64,000 nt of DNA from Kiritimatiellia bacterium (lineage in GTDB: Bacteria; Verrucomicrobiota; Kiritimatiellia; RFP12; JBMNHG01). Location: NCBI GenBank assembly GCA_050950285.1, contig JBMNHG010000006.1, positions 355,167 through 419,166 of the forward strand, in the 5' to 3' direction. The notes under the pieces are model-generated. The model was not told the origin of the DNA. It did no database searches and was given only the letters and a program-made list of their open reading frames with translations. The stretch's first letter is position 1; every line of letters begins with the position of its first letter. A program made the position numbers and the translations under genes. Below, piece after piece: positions 27,906-39,100 of this stretch.

Positions 27906-28730
27906 TCAAGGGATGATGAGCTCCGTTCCGACCTGTACGCGGTCGTCCTTCACCACGTCCAGGTTGGCGTTCTTGATGCGGGACCACAGCTTGGCGTCCC
28001 CATAGACCTTCTCGGCGATGCGGGAGAGGCTGTCGCCCTGTTTCACGATGTAGGTGCGCACCTCGGGATCCGCGGAGACCTGGGTGGCAGAGCGGATGCG
28101 CTCCTGCCCGTCGACGGCGATCTCCGCGCTGGCGGGAGGGGCGCTCAGCACCTCGACCCTGCGCCGGAGGCGGAGGACTTCGGTTTCCTTGAGCTGGAGG
28201 GCCTTCTTCGCCTGCCCCAGTTCCTCCTCGAGGGCGTTTTTCTCCTTCTCGAGCGAAGCGGAGCGCTGGCGTTCGGCCTGGAGCTGGCGGATGTAGATGC
28301 CGGCGTCGCCGGCCTGGGCGAGGTCGCGAGCCATCTCGGCGGCGAGCAGCTGCCTCGCGAGGCGGAGCCGATCGTCGATCATCCGCTTCTTCTGCGTGGA
28401 GGGGCTCATGTCGAGATAGCGCCGGTAGTGGTAGATCGCGCCGATGTAGTCCTTGTTGCTGTCGTGCAGCAGCAGCCCGAGGTTCAAGTGGGCGAGGGCG
28501 GCGGTGGGGTGGACGAGCAACGCCACCTTGTACTGGTCGATCGCCTTGTCGTACTGGCCCTCGCGCTCGAACTCGATGGCCTTCCGCACCTCCGGGAGGT
28601 CGGCATCGGCCACGTCGCGCGCGGCCACGGAAGGCCGGCAGCCGACGACGGCAACGCAGGTCGCAAGGAGAACAGCGGCGAGGACGCACCTTCGGAGGAT
28701 ACGAGAGGGGGGCTGGGAAGCTGGATTCAT
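27906..28730 (-). CDS. TPR / coiled-coil / LysM peptidoglycan-binding protein, probable lipoprotein
   Basis: Lipobox-like VVGC; TPR (AHLNLGLL); C-terminal TYIVKQGDSLSRIAEKVYG...W.RI..AN. Confidence 0.88.
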   Translation of the reverse strand: MNPASQPPSRILRRCVLAAVLLATCVAVVGCRPSVAARDVADADLPEVRKAIEFEREGQYDKAIDQYKVALLVHPTAALAHLNLGLLLHDSNKDYIGAIYHYRRYLDMSPSTQKKRMIDDRLRLARQLLAAEMARDLAQAGDAGIYIRQLQAERQRSASLEKEKNALEEELGQAKKALQLKETEVLRLRRRVEVLSAPPASAEIAVDGQERIRSATQVSADPEVRTYIVKQGDSLSRIAEKVYGDAKLWSRIKNANLDVVKDDRVQVGTELIIP

Positions 28731-28748
28731 GGGATGGCCCCTTCCGGA

Positions 28749-29240
28749 CTATTCGCGGGGGGAGCCGTCACGAGCCTCGTTCACGCGGAGCTTGCGTCCC
28801 TGGAGTTCGCGGTCGTTCATCGCCTTCACGGCGGACTCGGCTTCCGGACGGTTGGGCATCACGATGAAGCCGAACCCCTTCGACTTGCTGCTGAAGCGGT
28901 TGATGATGATGCGCACGGACGAGACCTTGCCGAAGCGCTCGAACTCCTTGCGGAGGTCGGCCTCGGTGGTGTCGTAGCTGAGGTTGCCCACATAGAGCTC
29001 CACATCGCCGGGGGCGAGCTGCACGGGCGTCTGCTTCGGGGCGGCGGCGCGTTCCTTGCCTTGCCGTTTGCCGGCGTTTTGCGAGGCACGGCCGGCGGAC
29101 TTGGCGCGCCCCTTCTTTTTCGGGGAGCCCGAACGCCGGCGGGGAAGGCAGAGGCCGATCAGCACGCCGAGGACGAAGAGGACGATGGAGTAAACGTTGA
29201 AGTTCTCGGCGACAAAGGCCGACAGGGTGGAAATGTCCAT
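28749..29240 (-). CDS. RRM RNA-binding protein with N-terminal membrane anchor
   Basis: RNP2 LYVGNL, RNP1 KGFGFIVM, GRKLRVNEAR; hydrophobic VYSIVLFVLGVLIGLCL. Confidence 0.88.
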   Translation of the reverse strand: MDISTLSAFVAENFNVYSIVLFVLGVLIGLCLPRRRSGSPKKKGRAKSAGRASQNAGKRQGKERAAAPKQTPVQLAPGDVELYVGNLSYDTTEADLRKEFERFGKVSSVRIIINRFSSKSKGFGFIVMPNRPEAESAVKAMNDRELQGRKLRVNEARDGSPRE

Positions 29241-29299
29241 GATGGAGAGGGGTCTTTCTGTATCGGGGGGGGGATACCGGAGGACGGGAACGTCCGGCG

Positions 29300-31690
29300 C
29301 TAGTGAGACATCATCCGGAATTCGAGGATCATGCGCAGGCGGGGCGGGAAACGGAGTTTCCGGAGGGCCTTCGCCTCGATCTGGCGGACGCGCTCGCGGG
29401 TGACGTTCAGCATCTTGCCGACGTCCTCCAGGGTGCGGGGGTTGTGGTCTTCTAGGCCGAAACGGAGGCGGAGCACAAGCCGCTCGCGTTCGGTGAGTTC
29501 CTGAAGAAGGTTGTTGATGCTCTCCTTGAGGAGGGAGAGATCGGCGTCTTCGGCGGGATCGCGGGCCTTGGTGTCCTTGATGAAGTCGCCGAAGTGGGCG
29601 TCGTCGCCGTCGCCCACGGGGCTTTGGAGCGAGATGGGCTGCTGGGCCATCTTGTGGACGGCCCGGACGCGGTCCACGTCCACGCCCATCTCCTCGGCGG
29701 TCTCTTCCATGGTGGGTTCGCGGCCGAGCTCCTGCACGAGCTTCTTCTGCACGCGCATCAGCTTGTTGATCGTTTCGATCATGTGCACCGGGATGCGGAT
29801 CGTCCGGGCCTGGTCCGCGATGGCGCGGGTGGCCGCCTGGCGGATCCACCACGTCGCGTACGTGGAGAACTTGTAGCCGCGCTTGTATTCGAACTTCTCC
29901 ACGGCCTTCATCAGGCCGGTGTTCCCCTCCTGGATGAGATCCAGGAACGAAAGGCCGCGGTTCATGTACTTCTTGACGATGCTGATGACCAGGCGGAGGT
30001 TCGACTCGACCATCTCCGTCCGGGCCTCCTGGCCGGTGTGCAGCGCGTCCTTGAGGCTGCGGAAGGTCTCCACGAACTCCTGGGGGGGCATGCCGAAAAG
30101 CGATTCCAGGGCCGCGATCTTCCTTTCGAGCGTCTGGAGGTTGTCCATCACGCCCTTCGCCGCCTTGCGGCGGGCGGCTTTCTTGCGGAGCTCCTCCCGC
30201 TCCTGGCAGTAGCCGACGTAGCGGAGGTAGATCGTCTCGTCCGCCTCGTTGCAGAGGGATTCAAGGACCTTCTGCTTGATGTTGAGCCGGTCGGAGAAGC
30301 CCAGCAGGGACTTGCGGGCTTCTCCAAGTTCACGGCGGGCGGTCTCGAGGGTGCGCCGGGCACGGGACTGCACGGCGGGCTTGGCCTCCGCCTCTTCCGC
30401 ATCGCGTACCGCCTTCTCGGCCTTGAAGACCTTCTCGGCGGCGCGGTCGAGCGCCTTCTGGATACTGGCGAGATCATCCTTCAAGCCGGGAATCGCCGCG
30501 GCGTAGGTCTCCTGGTTCTCCGCCTTGTCGGTGAGGACACGGTCGAACCGCTCCGTCTGCGCCTCGAGTCGTTCGAGAAGGTCGAGGTAGAAGCGCGGGG
30601 TGAAATTGAAGTTGTTGAAAATCAGCCGGACCTGCTCCTCGGAGGCCTCGATGCGCTTGCAAATGGCTACCTCCTGCTCGCGGGTGAGCAGGGGGACCTG
30701 GCCCATCTGGTGGAGGTACATGCGAACCGGATCGTCCAGCATGTCGAGCTTGCCGACACGGGCGCGACTGGTGTCTTCCTGGTATTTGTCGGCATCGGCG
30801 GCGTCGATGATGGTGAAGCCCATGCCGCGAAGAATGCCGAGATAGGACTCGATCGCGGTATCCTGGATCACACTCTCGGGGAGCGCCTCGTGGATGTCGT
30901 CGAAGGTCAGGAAGCCCTGGGTTTCGGCGAGATACGCAAGCTGCTTGATTCGCTCGTTGCGTTCCTCGTGAAGCGACTTGCCCATGAGGACGCCCTGGTC
31001 GAAGGAATCCGCAATGGAAACCGTGTCGAGCGTATTGTCCAGATCGTCGTCGCTCGTAACCTGGTAGCCGTCGCTCGGGAAGGCGCTCCCGCCGAAACTG
31101 CCGATGCCAAGGCGTTGGTTGGCGTTGGCGAAGGGATCGCGCGTACGGGGCTCCGCCTCAAAGGCGTTGCCGATCTCCCCGCCCGCCGCGAAATGGCCGG
31201 CGTCGGCAGGGTCGAGATTGGAATCGGCATCAATCTCCGCGGAGAAATCGTCATCGAGCACTTCAACCTCGGTGTCGGCATCTTCGACAGGGAGCGAGTT
31301 GACCCCGGTGAAGTCTTCCTCCGTATCAACATCAACGACGTCCTTGGTCTTCTCCTCGACAGCCTTCTTCTCCTCGGCGGGAGCCGGAGCCGGCGTCTTC
31401 TTTTTCGCGGCCGCAGGCTTCTTCGGAACCGAAGCTTTCCGGGCGGTTGCGGGGGTTGCATCCTGCCCTGGCTCTTCCTTTACGGCAACCCGCGCCTTCG
31501 GAGCGGAAGCTTTCTTTCCCTTCGCGGCGGGCGCGGGCTGGGCGGCGGGCTTCCGTTTCTCCGCCGACTTCGCTCTGGCGGGCTTTTTCGTCGCAGGGGT
31601 CTTCTCTGGCGTCTTTTCTTCGGGCGAGGCGGTCTTCGAGGCCGGTTTCTTCTTCATGCCTTTGGGGCTGCTCTTGGGCTCGGTCTTCAT
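29300..31690 (-). CDS. rpoD: RNA polymerase primary sigma factor
   Basis: [82 protein letters not shown]; start uncertain (31690 or 31657). Confidence 0.95.
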   Translation of the reverse strand: MKTEPKSSPKGMKKKPASKTASPEEKTPEKTPATKKPARAKSAEKRKPAAQPAPAAKGKKASAPKARVAVKEEPGQDATPATARKASVPKKPAAAKKKTPAPAPAEEKKAVEEKTKDVVDVDTEEDFTGVNSLPVEDADTEVEVLDDDFSAEIDADSNLDPADAGHFAAGGEIGNAFEAEPRTRDPFANANQRLGIGSFGGSAFPSDGYQVTSDDDLDNTLDTVSIADSFDQGVLMGKSLHEERNERIKQLAYLAETQGFLTFDDIHEALPESVIQDTAIESYLGILRGMGFTIIDAADADKYQEDTSRARVGKLDMLDDPVRMYLHQMGQVPLLTREQEVAICKRIEASEEQVRLIFNNFNFTPRFYLDLLERLEAQTERFDRVLTDKAENQETYAAAIPGLKDDLASIQKALDRAAEKVFKAEKAVRDAEEAEAKPAVQSRARRTLETARRELGEARKSLLGFSDRLNIKQKVLESLCNEADETIYLRYVGYCQEREELRKKAARRKAAKGVMDNLQTLERKIAALESLFGMPPQEFVETFRSLKDALHTGQEARTEMVESNLRLVISIVKKYMNRGLSFLDLIQEGNTGLMKAVEKFEYKRGYKFSTYATWWIRQAATRAIADQARTIRIPVHMIETINKLMRVQKKLVQELGREPTMEETAEEMGVDVDRVRAVHKMAQQPISLQSPVGDGDDAHFGDFIKDTKARDPAEDADLSLLKESINNLLQELTERERLVLRLRFGLEDHNPRTLEDVGKMLNVTRERVRQIEAKALRKLRFPPRLRMILEFRMMSH

Positions 31691-31807
31691 ATGCGGAAAT
31701 TTTCTCCGATGCAAACTCTGACGGCTGGATACTGGATCGCCTGGAACGTGCGCGAAAGGACATGGAACGCTTCCCAGGGGCGGGATCCTTCACGCCCTTC
31801 GCGAAAC

Positions 31808-32794
31808 TCACCACCTGCCCAGGGCAATCTTCTTGCTGGTTTCCACCTGGTAGTTCTCTGTCTCGCCCTTGGGATCCGTCTCGCAAAGGGATTCGATGTG
31901 CCCATCCAGGAAAATGGCATGGGCCCACATCCTCCCGCTCTTGCGGTGCAGGCACCCGTAGACCTCCTTGGGGTGGGAGTTTTTTACGGCGTCGACATAG
32001 CAATCGAAGACGCTGTCCTGGCTCAACCCCCGGTCGCGGTTGACCTCCCCATGGACCTCGCCCTTGAAATCGTTCCAGTTGTACGGCGGATTCCCGCCGC
32101 GCTTGCCCGTGGACGAACCCGCCGTGAAGGGCATCTCGGTGAACAGGAGAATCCGGCTCGCCTGGACGCCATCGCCCAGCTTGTGGAGGTGCACCGGATG
32201 GTGGCGGATGTTGCGGCGAGACCCGAACCATTCGTTCATCACATAGCTGCGCTTCGCCCCGGGAACGACGCTCCGGAAGGCCGGGCAGCAGTAGATGGAC
32301 ATGTCCTCGTTCACATACGTGAAGAAGGAGCTGTACCGGATGGAGTCCACCGCGGCATTGTCGTTCTTCTCGTTGGCCGTACCCCCCACCACCGGATACA
32401 CCAGCGAATGCGCCTCCGTTCGATCCTTGCCTTCGACCGATCCCGAGTGCTGCCGGACGCTCCCCACCCGATCCGGCTTGTTCGCAGGAAGCGGATAGTA
32501 GCTCCCAACCGCGCCGCCGTCGGCAGGAATCCAGCAGACCCATCCGTTGTGGCAGTGATGCCGGTTGTCGTGCGGCCAGTAAAAGTCATGCGAGCCTGCG
32601 TACGGAAGATCCCCGCTGTCCGATTCGCTCGCGCAGTTCATCACGCCCTGCCACAATGCCTTGAGATTGCCTTGGCATCGGGCGGAATGACCCGACGCAC
32701 GCGCCGCGCCGATCATCTTCACGCTCGCCGTGGCCAGAAGCGAAATGATTGCGATGACAATGAGCAACTCCACGAGAGTAAACGCCTTGCGCAT
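31808..32794 (-). CDS. prepilin-type N-terminal cleavage protein with H-X9-DG C-terminal motif (DUF1559-like)
   Basis: A|FTLVELLIVIAIISLLA; ARC.GNLK; HRKSGRMWAHAIFLDGHIE. Confidence 0.85.
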   Translation of the reverse strand: MRKAFTLVELLIVIAIISLLATASVKMIGAARASGHSARCQGNLKALWQGVMNCASESDSGDLPYAGSHDFYWPHDNRHHCHNGWVCWIPADGGAVGSYYPLPANKPDRVGSVRQHSGSVEGKDRTEAHSLVYPVVGGTANEKNDNAAVDSIRYSSFFTYVNEDMSIYCCPAFRSVVPGAKRSYVMNEWFGSRRNIRHHPVHLHKLGDGVQASRILLFTEMPFTAGSSTGKRGGNPPYNWNDFKGEVHGEVNRDRGLSQDSVFDCYVDAVKNSHPKEVYGCLHRKSGRMWAHAIFLDGHIESLCETDPKGETENYQVETSKKIALGRW

Positions 32795-32866
32795 GTTCCG
32801 ACTCCACTGCCCGAATCCCACCAGGATACAATTCGACCTAGTATACCGAAAAGTCAAGAGATGGCT

Positions 32867-32894
32867 AGTATAGCACCTTGTGGCGCGGTGTCAA
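32867..32894 (-). promoter_or_regulatory. putative sigma70 promoter
   Basis: TTGACA-N16-TATACT with TG extension. Confidence 0.55.
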
Positions 32895-33124
32895 ACACCC
32901 GGACAAATTTCCCTGTTTCCATCCCTGTTCCCAGCGCGTTGCCGCACGATCCATGACACCGAAATTGCGAGGCGGCGGCCCAGGACGTTCGGATGAAACG
33001 CGCGTGGACAAGCGGGGGGAGAGATGGTACCCTGGCTACCATTGAGCAACCCTTTCGACCTCCTCCGAACCACAAAGATCCCCCCCGTGTCCGGGAAGCC
33101 ATGATGGCTGGCAGAAATGGAAAC

Positions 33125-36100
33125 ATGAACTTCAGGAAGAATCGCCCCCTTTACCTCCTCCTTTCGGCCGCCGCCTTCGCCGTAGGCCTTGTCGCCCATG
33201 CCCAGGAGGCTTCGCCCGAAGCGGCAAAGGCCCTCTCGCCCGCCGAGGAGGCCTTCGACGCCTTCTTCAAGCAGGTGCAGCGCGATCCGGGGTCGATTTC
33301 CCGCGACGACATGCTGAAGGGGCTGAAGACAGGCCTCGACCTGGGGCGCCCCGTGACGGCCGCCAGCGCCGCGCGGCTCTACCTCGGGCAGACCCAGGCG
33401 CCGGCGCCCGAGGTCCTCCGCCTCGCGGGCGACGCCGCCTGCCAGGCCGGCGACCTCGTGCTTGCCGCCACCCGGTACCGCCAATATGCGGGCGCCGCCC
33501 AAGGGGACGCCGAAGCCGGCCGCGTGGCCGCGCTGATGTGCCGGATCCAGGTGGACTACCTGAACAACTACGAAGAGGCCTTCCAGTTCATGGTGGAATC
33601 GGGCGACAAGTTCCGCGCTTCGCCCGAGTTCCGCGCCTTCGACCTCTGGTTCCTCCGCTACGCCCGCAACACGCGGAACTGCGTGGCGCACGCCGGACGT
33701 ATCGCCACGATGCTGGGGGAAAACCGCCCCATCGAGTGCGACCGCCTGCAACTCCATGGCGAACTGGAGTGGCTCCTCGACGAATGCCGTGCCATGCAGC
33801 CCGCACATCTCGCCGCCGCCGCGCACCTGAAGACCATCGCCGGCCGCCTGCGCGAGTCCCCGGCCCTCCAGTCCCGCACCGCCTTCGCCGCCGCCGCCAT
33901 GGCCTACCGTTCCGGCGTGCAGGGCAAGGACGACACCGCGCTGAAAACCGAAGTCGCCGCCGTGACCCGCGCCGCCGTGGACTGCGTGGCGGCCGATCCC
34001 GCCGCCGACACCCTTCGCTACGTCTCCACCTGCCTGTGCAACGACGCCAACCTCGCCCGACGCACCGCCCCGGATCTCCGGAACGCCCTCGTGGAGGCCT
34101 TCCTGAAGCTCCCGGCGGCGGAGCGCGACGCCTTCGCCCCGCCCACCGACGGCGCCTACGCGTGGTTCTATGCGCCGGAGTTCTGGACGGCCGCCGCTTT
34201 GCGGGATCCCGCCTACTTCCAGGCATCCCCCCGCACCGCACGGCTCCGCTTCGTAACCAGCGGCGGCGCCCCGAAGATGTTCGCCCTCCTCGCGCCCGCG
34301 CTGAAGGCCGTGCCGAGCGTCGACGCCGCCGTGGTGGCCGCCGTGGCCGCGGACAACGATCCGCAGGCCGCCATCGGACGCCTCGTCGCCCAGCACGCGG
34401 GGCTTCTCTCCGCCGGCGGCTTCTGGGAGGCCTATCGGAAGGTCGTGGATGTCGAACGCCAGCTCCCGAGGGACGAAGGGGCGCCGACCCCCGACGCGAC
34501 CGCGCTCCTCGCGCGCTTCACCCGCGATACCGCGCTGGCCTCGCCGCTGATGCTCGACCCCGCCGGCGCAAACGCCGCCCTGCGCGCGCTGTGGGCGATT
34601 CCGGACGCCGCGGATCCCGCGAACAAGGCCGCCTTCGTACCCTTGCTCGAATCGATGGCATGGGTGCCGTATGCGGACGCCGACTCCCGCGCCCAGGCCT
34701 TCCGCGGCGTCTCGCAGGACATCGCCAAGTGGGCCGCCGAAGTGCGCGAGGACGTCAAGGCCGGCAAAGACGGCGCCGCCGCGAACGCGGAGACCGTCTC
34801 CCGCCTCGACACCCTCGTGAAGACCCTCTCCGACGCCGGATTCGCCTGCGACCCCGCCGTCGCGCCGGACGACCTCTGCCGCACCGTCTCCTCCGTGGGC
34901 GCCGCCCTCGCCGCGAAAGACCAGGCCGCCTTCGACGCCGCGGCCCGCTCGCTGGTTACCGCCGCCCACGCCTGCGACGATGACCGCACCCCCTTCGCCT
35001 TCGCCGCACTCCTCTGGCTGGGGAACCTCCGCGGCGGCGACATCGATCCCCTCCCCGTGCAGCTCGAAGCCCTCGCCGGCCAGGCCGCACGGGATCCCGG
35101 AGGCCCGAACCGCACGACCCACGAGCTCTGGGCCGCGCTCTGCAGCCAGCACCGCGAGTGGGGCAACCTGGGCCGCGTGCGCCCCGAGGACAAGGAGGAC
35201 ATCCGCAAGGTGAGCGACACGCTCGCCAAGGTGATCCTCGACGGCCTCCAGCAGCAGGACCAGTTCTCCCCCACCCTCTTCTGGTGGTTCCGCACCACCC
35301 GCGTGGGCGCGGGGTGGAAGGAAAATTCCTGGAATGCCGACGTGGTGCGCGCCATGGCCGAACGCCAGAACAGGGAGCCCCGCAACCCCGGCATCGACGG
35401 CGTGGGAGGCGCCATCACCCTCGTCCGACTGTGCCGCGACGAATTTGCCGCATTGCAGGAAGAGCTGCCGCCGCGGTCCGCCTTCGACGACCTGATGGCC
35501 AGGGAAGTCGCCGGCGGCGACACCATCCCGCCCCGAGATTTCTGGAACTACAGCCCGGACTCGGACCGCAAGGTGCGCGACGCCCTCGCGAACCGCCTTG
35601 CGCAGCTTCCCGCCTACCCCTTCGGGGCGCATCCGCAACTGCCGGTCTTCCATCGCGACACCTACTGGGACGCCTACGGACGCGCCATCACCGGCGCCTC
35701 CGAAGGCCCGCGTGCCGCCCTTGCCGCGCATGCATGGAACGGACTCGGCAGCGTCTTCTTCGACGACTACGCCGTGGGAGCCTGCGCGCTTCCCGCCTTC
35801 CAGACCGACGAAGCCTCGCGCGCCGCCTTCTTCGGGAAACTCGCCGAAGTGTGCGACCGCGCGGCGCAGGTGCCCGGCACCCGCTGCTCGCCGCCCTACC
35901 TCCCCGGCCTCGAAAAGCTCGCCAAGGCCGAAGACGTGACCAACGGCGAGCTCGACGTGCTCCTCCGCTTCGCCGACGCCTTCTGTCCCTACGACGGCCC
36001 GCACAACAAGAACGCCGACCACGCCCTGCTGCTCGCCATCCAGGCCCTTCGCCTGCGCGGCCGCTCCGGCGAAGTCTTCCCCCTTCTCGCCCAGTACCTG

Positions 36101-39100
36101 CGCGTCGCCCGCGAACTCCGCAACGGACACGTCTACAACCGCTTCGTCGCCCTGGGCAGCGAATTCCTCGACGCCGGCGAAACCGAACTCGCCGCCGCCG
36201 TGGGCAACCTCGCCTCCGTCATGCAGGGGCTCGAACTCAACAGCGAACAGCGCAACGCGATCCTCGCCGTCCGCGCCAAGGCCCTCGCCGGCATCGGAGG
36301 CACCATCCCCGTCGACCGCGGCGACGCCCGCTACCCGATCTTCGCCGCCCAGGCCGACTTCCTCGTGGGCAAGTTCGGCACCGCGTGGGAGTGGTACCTC
36401 TCCGCCGCCTCCCGCCTGCCCGCCACCCTGAAGGAACTCGACCCCGCCTTCGTCCTCTGGCTCGTCGAGCGACACACCGACGTGGGCGACTTCGACCAGG
36501 CCGAGGACATCGCCCGCCAGATGCTCCAATGGGCCGGCACCTCCGGCCAAGGCTTCGACCGCGAGGCGCGCGCCCGCCTGCAGTTCGACTACGCCACCAT
36601 CGCCAAGGCGCGCCAGGAATACCCCAAGGCACGCGCCATGTACGAGCAAATCGCGGCCGGCAAGGAGTACGACGGCACCCAGGGCCAACGCGCCGCCGAA
36701 CTCGGCATCGCCGAAATCGACCGCCTCACCCGCCAGTACGATGCCGCCCTCGCGCGCCTCGACAAACTCTCCCGGCGCAACGACCCCTACCTCCAAGCCG
36801 AGGCCAACTACCAGATGGCCCTCATCCGCTTCGACCAGGAGGAGTACGTCGGAGCCAAGGAGCTCATCGAAAAGGTCTTCGTCCTCGAACCCGCCCACGT
36901 GAACGGACGCCTCCTGGAAGGGAAGATCAACCTCAGCCTCAAAAAACTTGTCGAGGCCACCGAGGTCACCGTGGGCCAGTCCGGAATGCAGGAGGTCCTC
37001 GTGCCCGGCAAGCCGCTCAAGGTGCAGCTGATGGATCGCAACCTCGCCGTCGTCGGACAGGGCAGCTCCATCGAAGTGCGCGCCTGGACCGACTCGGGCG
37101 ACGAGGAATTCCTCACCCTCCTGCCCTTCGGCGACTCCCGCACCAAGTTCGAAGGCACCGTCCCCACCGCCCTGGGCGCCCCCGAGAAGGGAGACCGCAT
37201 CCTCCAGGTGCGCGGCGGCGACTTCGTGCATTACGACTTCTCCGAACGCTTCATGAAGGCCAACAAGATCGAAGGCTCCCAGGCCGTCGCCATCCGCGTG
37301 GCCTCCGCCGGCGAGATCTTCGCCTCCTCCGGACGCATCCTCTCCCGCGAGGAGCAGGAGAACCTCGCCCTCGAACGCATGATCCGCGAACGCCTGCGCA
37401 GCAGGATCGAAGCGGACGACACCCTCCTCTCCACCGTCCGGAAGTCCTCCGAAATCAAACCGGGAAACCCCATCAACGTGCGCGTGATCGACCCCGACCG
37501 CAGCGGAACCCCCGAAAAGGACACGGTGACCGTGCGCGTCTCCTCCACCAGCGGCGACGCCATCGACTCGCTCGAACTCGTCGAGACCGAACCCTTCAGC
37601 GGCGTCTTCGAAGGGCAAATCCCCACGCTCTCCGCCCCCGCCACCGCCTTCGCCTCCGACTCCGAGGAGGGCCGCGAGCCCGTGTACGCCATCGCCGGCG
37701 TGGCGGACCATCCCGGCTGGGCGGGCCTCCCCGACGGCCGCCGCCCGAAAACCCTCTCGGTGGACCTGAACGAGCTCGCCGCCCTCGGCACCCTCACCAT
37801 CGCCGCCGACGAGACCGGCCACCGCATCAAGCGCTTCGCGCTGCAAACCTCCAAATCCGGCCGCGAATTCCAGACCGTCGCCGCCTGGCCCGACAACCTC
37901 CCGCCCTGGAACGGCACGGCGCGCTTCGAACTCGCACGGCTCGCAGGCTATTCCCGCCTGCCCCGCACCCTCGAGGAATGCCGCGACTACATGGACTCCG
38001 GCTACCTCACCGACGGCGTCACCAAACTCTATCTCCGCCCGCTTCGCCCCGAAATCTCCTTCAAGGAAGACGTCGGCGGCCACGCGCAGAACCTCCGCCT
38101 CGCCGCACGGGGCGCCAACAGCTGGTACATCGGCCGCTTCTCCGCCGCCTTCTACCTCGAACAACGCCAGATGGCCTCCTTCCGCGTGGACATCCAAGGC
38201 GGAACGACCCGCGACATCAACGCCTTCCTCGCCGTGGACGGCATCCCCGCCGACCCCAAGACCCGCACCTTCAACGGATCCCTCGGACGCGGCGGCCACG
38301 TCGTCGAATTCTTCTTCGCCGCCCAGCGAAACGCCAAACCCACCTGGACGCTCCTCTCCGACATCGAGAACCCGCCCGAACTCACCGCCTGCTCCGACCG
38401 CTTCTTCGACCCCGCCCGCTTCCCGAAGGACGAACGCGCCCCGCTCTTCACCCCCGCGGAAATCCAGGCCGACGAGGCCGGCGGCGTCTTCACCGTGACC
38501 TTCCCCGAAGACACCGAGGCCCGGACCCTCCGCATCGTCGCCGCCGACTTCGAAGGCCAGGCCCCCGCCATCCGCTCCATCACGCTCGACCACGCCGACG
38601 GCGGAACACTCCTCCCGCCGCCCGTCGACATCGTGAGCCTGCGCCGCAACCGCACCCTCGAAATCGTCCCCGGCGACCGCGTCACCATCGCCTACGAAGA
38701 CCCCTCCCCCCTCGATCCCAAAAAGGCCGTGAGCGAGGCGCAGATGACCGCCACCTTCAACGACGCGACCGTCGAGGCCTGCTTCGTCGAATCCATCCTC
38801 CACGGCGACGGCGTGCGCGAGCCCGTCTACATCCCCATGCGCCGCTTCTGCGTGGGCGACGCCCTCACCCTCTTCGTAAGCGATCCGGACATGGACGTCT
38901 CGGACCAGAGGGACCAGGTGACCCTCGAGGTCCGCTCCGGCTCCGCGAAACTCACCGTCCAGGCCCTCGAGACCGAGCCGCACTCCGGCATCTTCCTCGC
39001 CAGGATCTTCCCCGTCGAAGGCGAACCCTCGCGCGACACCGAGCTCCGCGTAGGCCCCGGCGACGACATCGAAATCACCTACCTGGACGTCGAAAACACC

